A DNA stretch of 64,000 nt from Pelomyxa schiedti (lineage: Eukaryota; Protista; Evosea), in the NCBI GenBank assembly GCA_020536535.1, contig JAHLWZ010000824.1, positions 38,228-102,227 of the forward strand, given 5' to 3'. The position numbers and the translations under genes were made by a program. The notes below the pieces were generated by a model. The model saw only the letters and a list, made by a program, of their open reading frames with translations. It did not search any database and had not been told where the DNA came from. This document shows, piece after piece, positions 62,403 to 64,000 of this stretch (positions are counted from its first letter, which is position 1; every line of letters begins with the position of its first letter).

Positions 62403-62983
62403 TTAAGAAGTGCTGTAGCCCTGATATGATGTTGTAGTTCCGGAGCCTGAGGATATGTGGTCACCACCGGCATAGACGGGGCTCTCTGTGGTTTTGGTGT
62501 TAGGTTGTTACGGTGATTATTAGTGCTTATTGGGGTCAGAGGACAGGACACAGACCAGCAGGAATAACAACGGGAGGGGGAGCCGGTGGGTGTGAGTCAT
62601 TCCTGGAGAGCACATTGTCCCGGATTTCAAACACCAGCATGCAAACTTCCAGGAAGACCCTAGTTAGTACGATGAATGCTACAGCGTAGATAAGTCCAGT
62701 AAATGTCCCCAGCACGGCCCCGCCGGCGCCATTAATGAGTGCGCCGCGGTATATGAAGTTCACTACCATCATGAAGCCCACCAGGAACGCGCAGTACCAC
62801 ATCCACTGAACCAAGGCCATTCCCTGAGAAACAACGGTTTCTTGACGTTAGTGTCATTGCGACGAAATGTCCTCGCCACAACACGGGGACGGACGGTACT
62901 TGGTAGAGACGAAAGAAGAGCAACTCGGTGGGTGCCAGTCGAGCATTGGGTATAATGTGCTGAACAGACAGACGGCTCTCCAT
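62403..62983 (-). CDS. DUF4282-like small membrane protein
   Basis: MESRLSVQ...LFFRLYQ / GMALVQWMWYCAF..TM..LTRVFLEVCMLVFEIRDNV resembles the DUF4282 RxxLE..F.I.. pattern; a plausible last exon ends YQGYSTS-stop. Confidence 0.6.
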
Positions 62984-64000
62984 TTCTGTGGGTTTTTTGG
63001 TTTTTTGTGAAGCTTTTTTTCCGATCACCATCCTTCAAAACTGCTGCAGTCGGTAGTCAGGACTGTCATGTGGGAGAGTGGTACAGGGGAGTGGGGCTTC
63101 CCTGTCGATGGGAGTAGGCCCCCGGCTCACTGTCAATCGTGCAATTCGCCGCAGATTGGTTCCACGAAGATGGCAGCGAACCACGCGGTCGGAGATGGCT
63201 CCGCTGCTGCGCGAAATTATGGTTCCCCCACGCCTACCACACCCACCAAGGCGATGATGGGGTCTTTCCCTGTTGTCAACAACACTGTAAGCACCAGTCC
63301 CATCCGCGTGGGTGGCAGTTCCCAAGCCGCATCATTGTCGACTCCCTTGCGGCCTGGCCTGCGCCGTCCGCCGAGATCCACGAGCGTCGGCGACCTCGGC
63401 GCACGCCGCCGCGACTACGACCTCTCGTCGGCCGCCGCCGCCGAGCAACACATCGACGGTTCTGCTTCTGTGGACCTCTATGGCGGCGAATCCGTAGACC
63501 TCGACGACGACGACGACGACGACGCCGCCGTGGGCGCCGACGACTTCAGCGAAAGGCCAAGCGACGCGGTCGCGCTCGGGGAGCACGAAAGGCGCGAGTG
63601 GATGAGGCGGCGGTGCCGCAACCAGCAGCTGCGCGAGTCGGACGCGGCCGGCGGCGCGCACCCGTCCGGCCCCAGGGCAAGCAGCCGGAGCTTGAGCGCG
63701 AGCGGCGAGTCCGGGACGGCGGCGGCCGCGAGGATGCTGTTTGGGTGCGTGGAGGACCACTCCATGTTCTCGAGGTGGGAGGGCTACGCTTGGTTCCTGT
63801 CTCGCATGGAGCTGGCCGAGGGATTTGAAAGCGATGAGAGAGTGGGTGGCGTCAGCGTAGGCGGCAGTAGGCACAATGCAAGCGGCCTGGACTTTGAGGA
63901 ATCGTGTGCGAATACTCCTGGAAGAAAAGATTCCCAAAAAACCAAAAAACCCACAGAAATGGAGAGCCGTCTGTCTGTTCAGCACATTATACCCAATGCT
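62942..64000. repeat. Perfect inverted repeat of at least 66 bp (62942-63007 vs 63935-64000), truncated by the window edge
   Basis: agcattgggtataat...ggttttttg is the exact reverse complement of caaaaaacc...attatacccaatgct. Confidence 0.92.
63170..64000 (+). CDS. GC-rich ORF open to the window end (absent from the ORF track), running in frame into the duplicated MESRLSVQHIIPNA
   Basis: ATG at 63170 gives MAANHAVG...DDDDDDD...SQKTKKPTE-MESRL with no stop; 263 codons precede the ATG at 63959. Confidence 0.6.
   Translation, partial: MAANHAVGDGSAAARNYGSPTPTTPTKAMMGSFPVVNNTVSTSPIRVGGSSQAASLSTPLRPGLRRPPRSTSVGDLGARRRDYDLSSAAAAEQHIDGSASVDLYGGESVDLDDDDDDDAAVGADDFSERPSDAVALGEHERREWMRRRCRNQQLRESDAAGGAHPSGPRASSRSLSASGESGTAAAARMLFGCVEDHSMFSRWEGYAWFLSRMELAEGFESDERVGGVSVGGSRHNASGLDFEESCANTPGRKDSQKTKKPTEMESRLSVQHIIPNA

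Noticed and set aside
1-64000. Stop-codon reassignment as an explanation for the fragmented ORFs
   Set aside because: Conserved proteins reassemble cleanly through short GT-AG introns, and TAA, TAG and TGA are all used as stops

Overview
Gene-dense eukaryotic DNA from a protist. It has about 27 protein-coding genes on both strands, most broken by many short (roughly 35-70 nt) introns with very weak splice consensus. First exons are GC-rich and low-complexity, and the standard genetic code is used. The style suggests Amoebozoa, possibly an archamoeba such as Pelomyxa; this is inference only. Recognisable products: Zn-dependent PLC-family protein, expansin-like surface protein, SCI1-like protein, GH172/DUF2961, RUN-RUN-Rubicon-homology protein, class IV sirtuin with an N-terminal beta-helix, RCC1-repeat protein, GH125, RhoGEF, formimidoylglutamase, dynamin-like GTPase-kinase fusion, CDC123-like ATP-grasp-ZZ protein, RhoGEF-RhoGAP, pseudo-PLC-PP2C fusion, Rpn12, TMEM185-like protein, APH-type phosphotransferase, NIT2, histidine phosphatase and DUF4282-like protein. 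The most notable non-genic signals are three. (1) Two near-identical TA-flanked MITE copies (157/158 bp), one inside a coding exon where it creates an in-frame GT...AG intron (introner-like). (2) A 97-nt near-perfect intergenic hairpin. (3) An inverted duplication at the right edge that fuses a 263-codon GC-rich ORF to a copy of the DUF4282-like gene start. Gene models were spliced by eye, so boundaries are approximate. No rRNA, tRNA or CRISPR was found.
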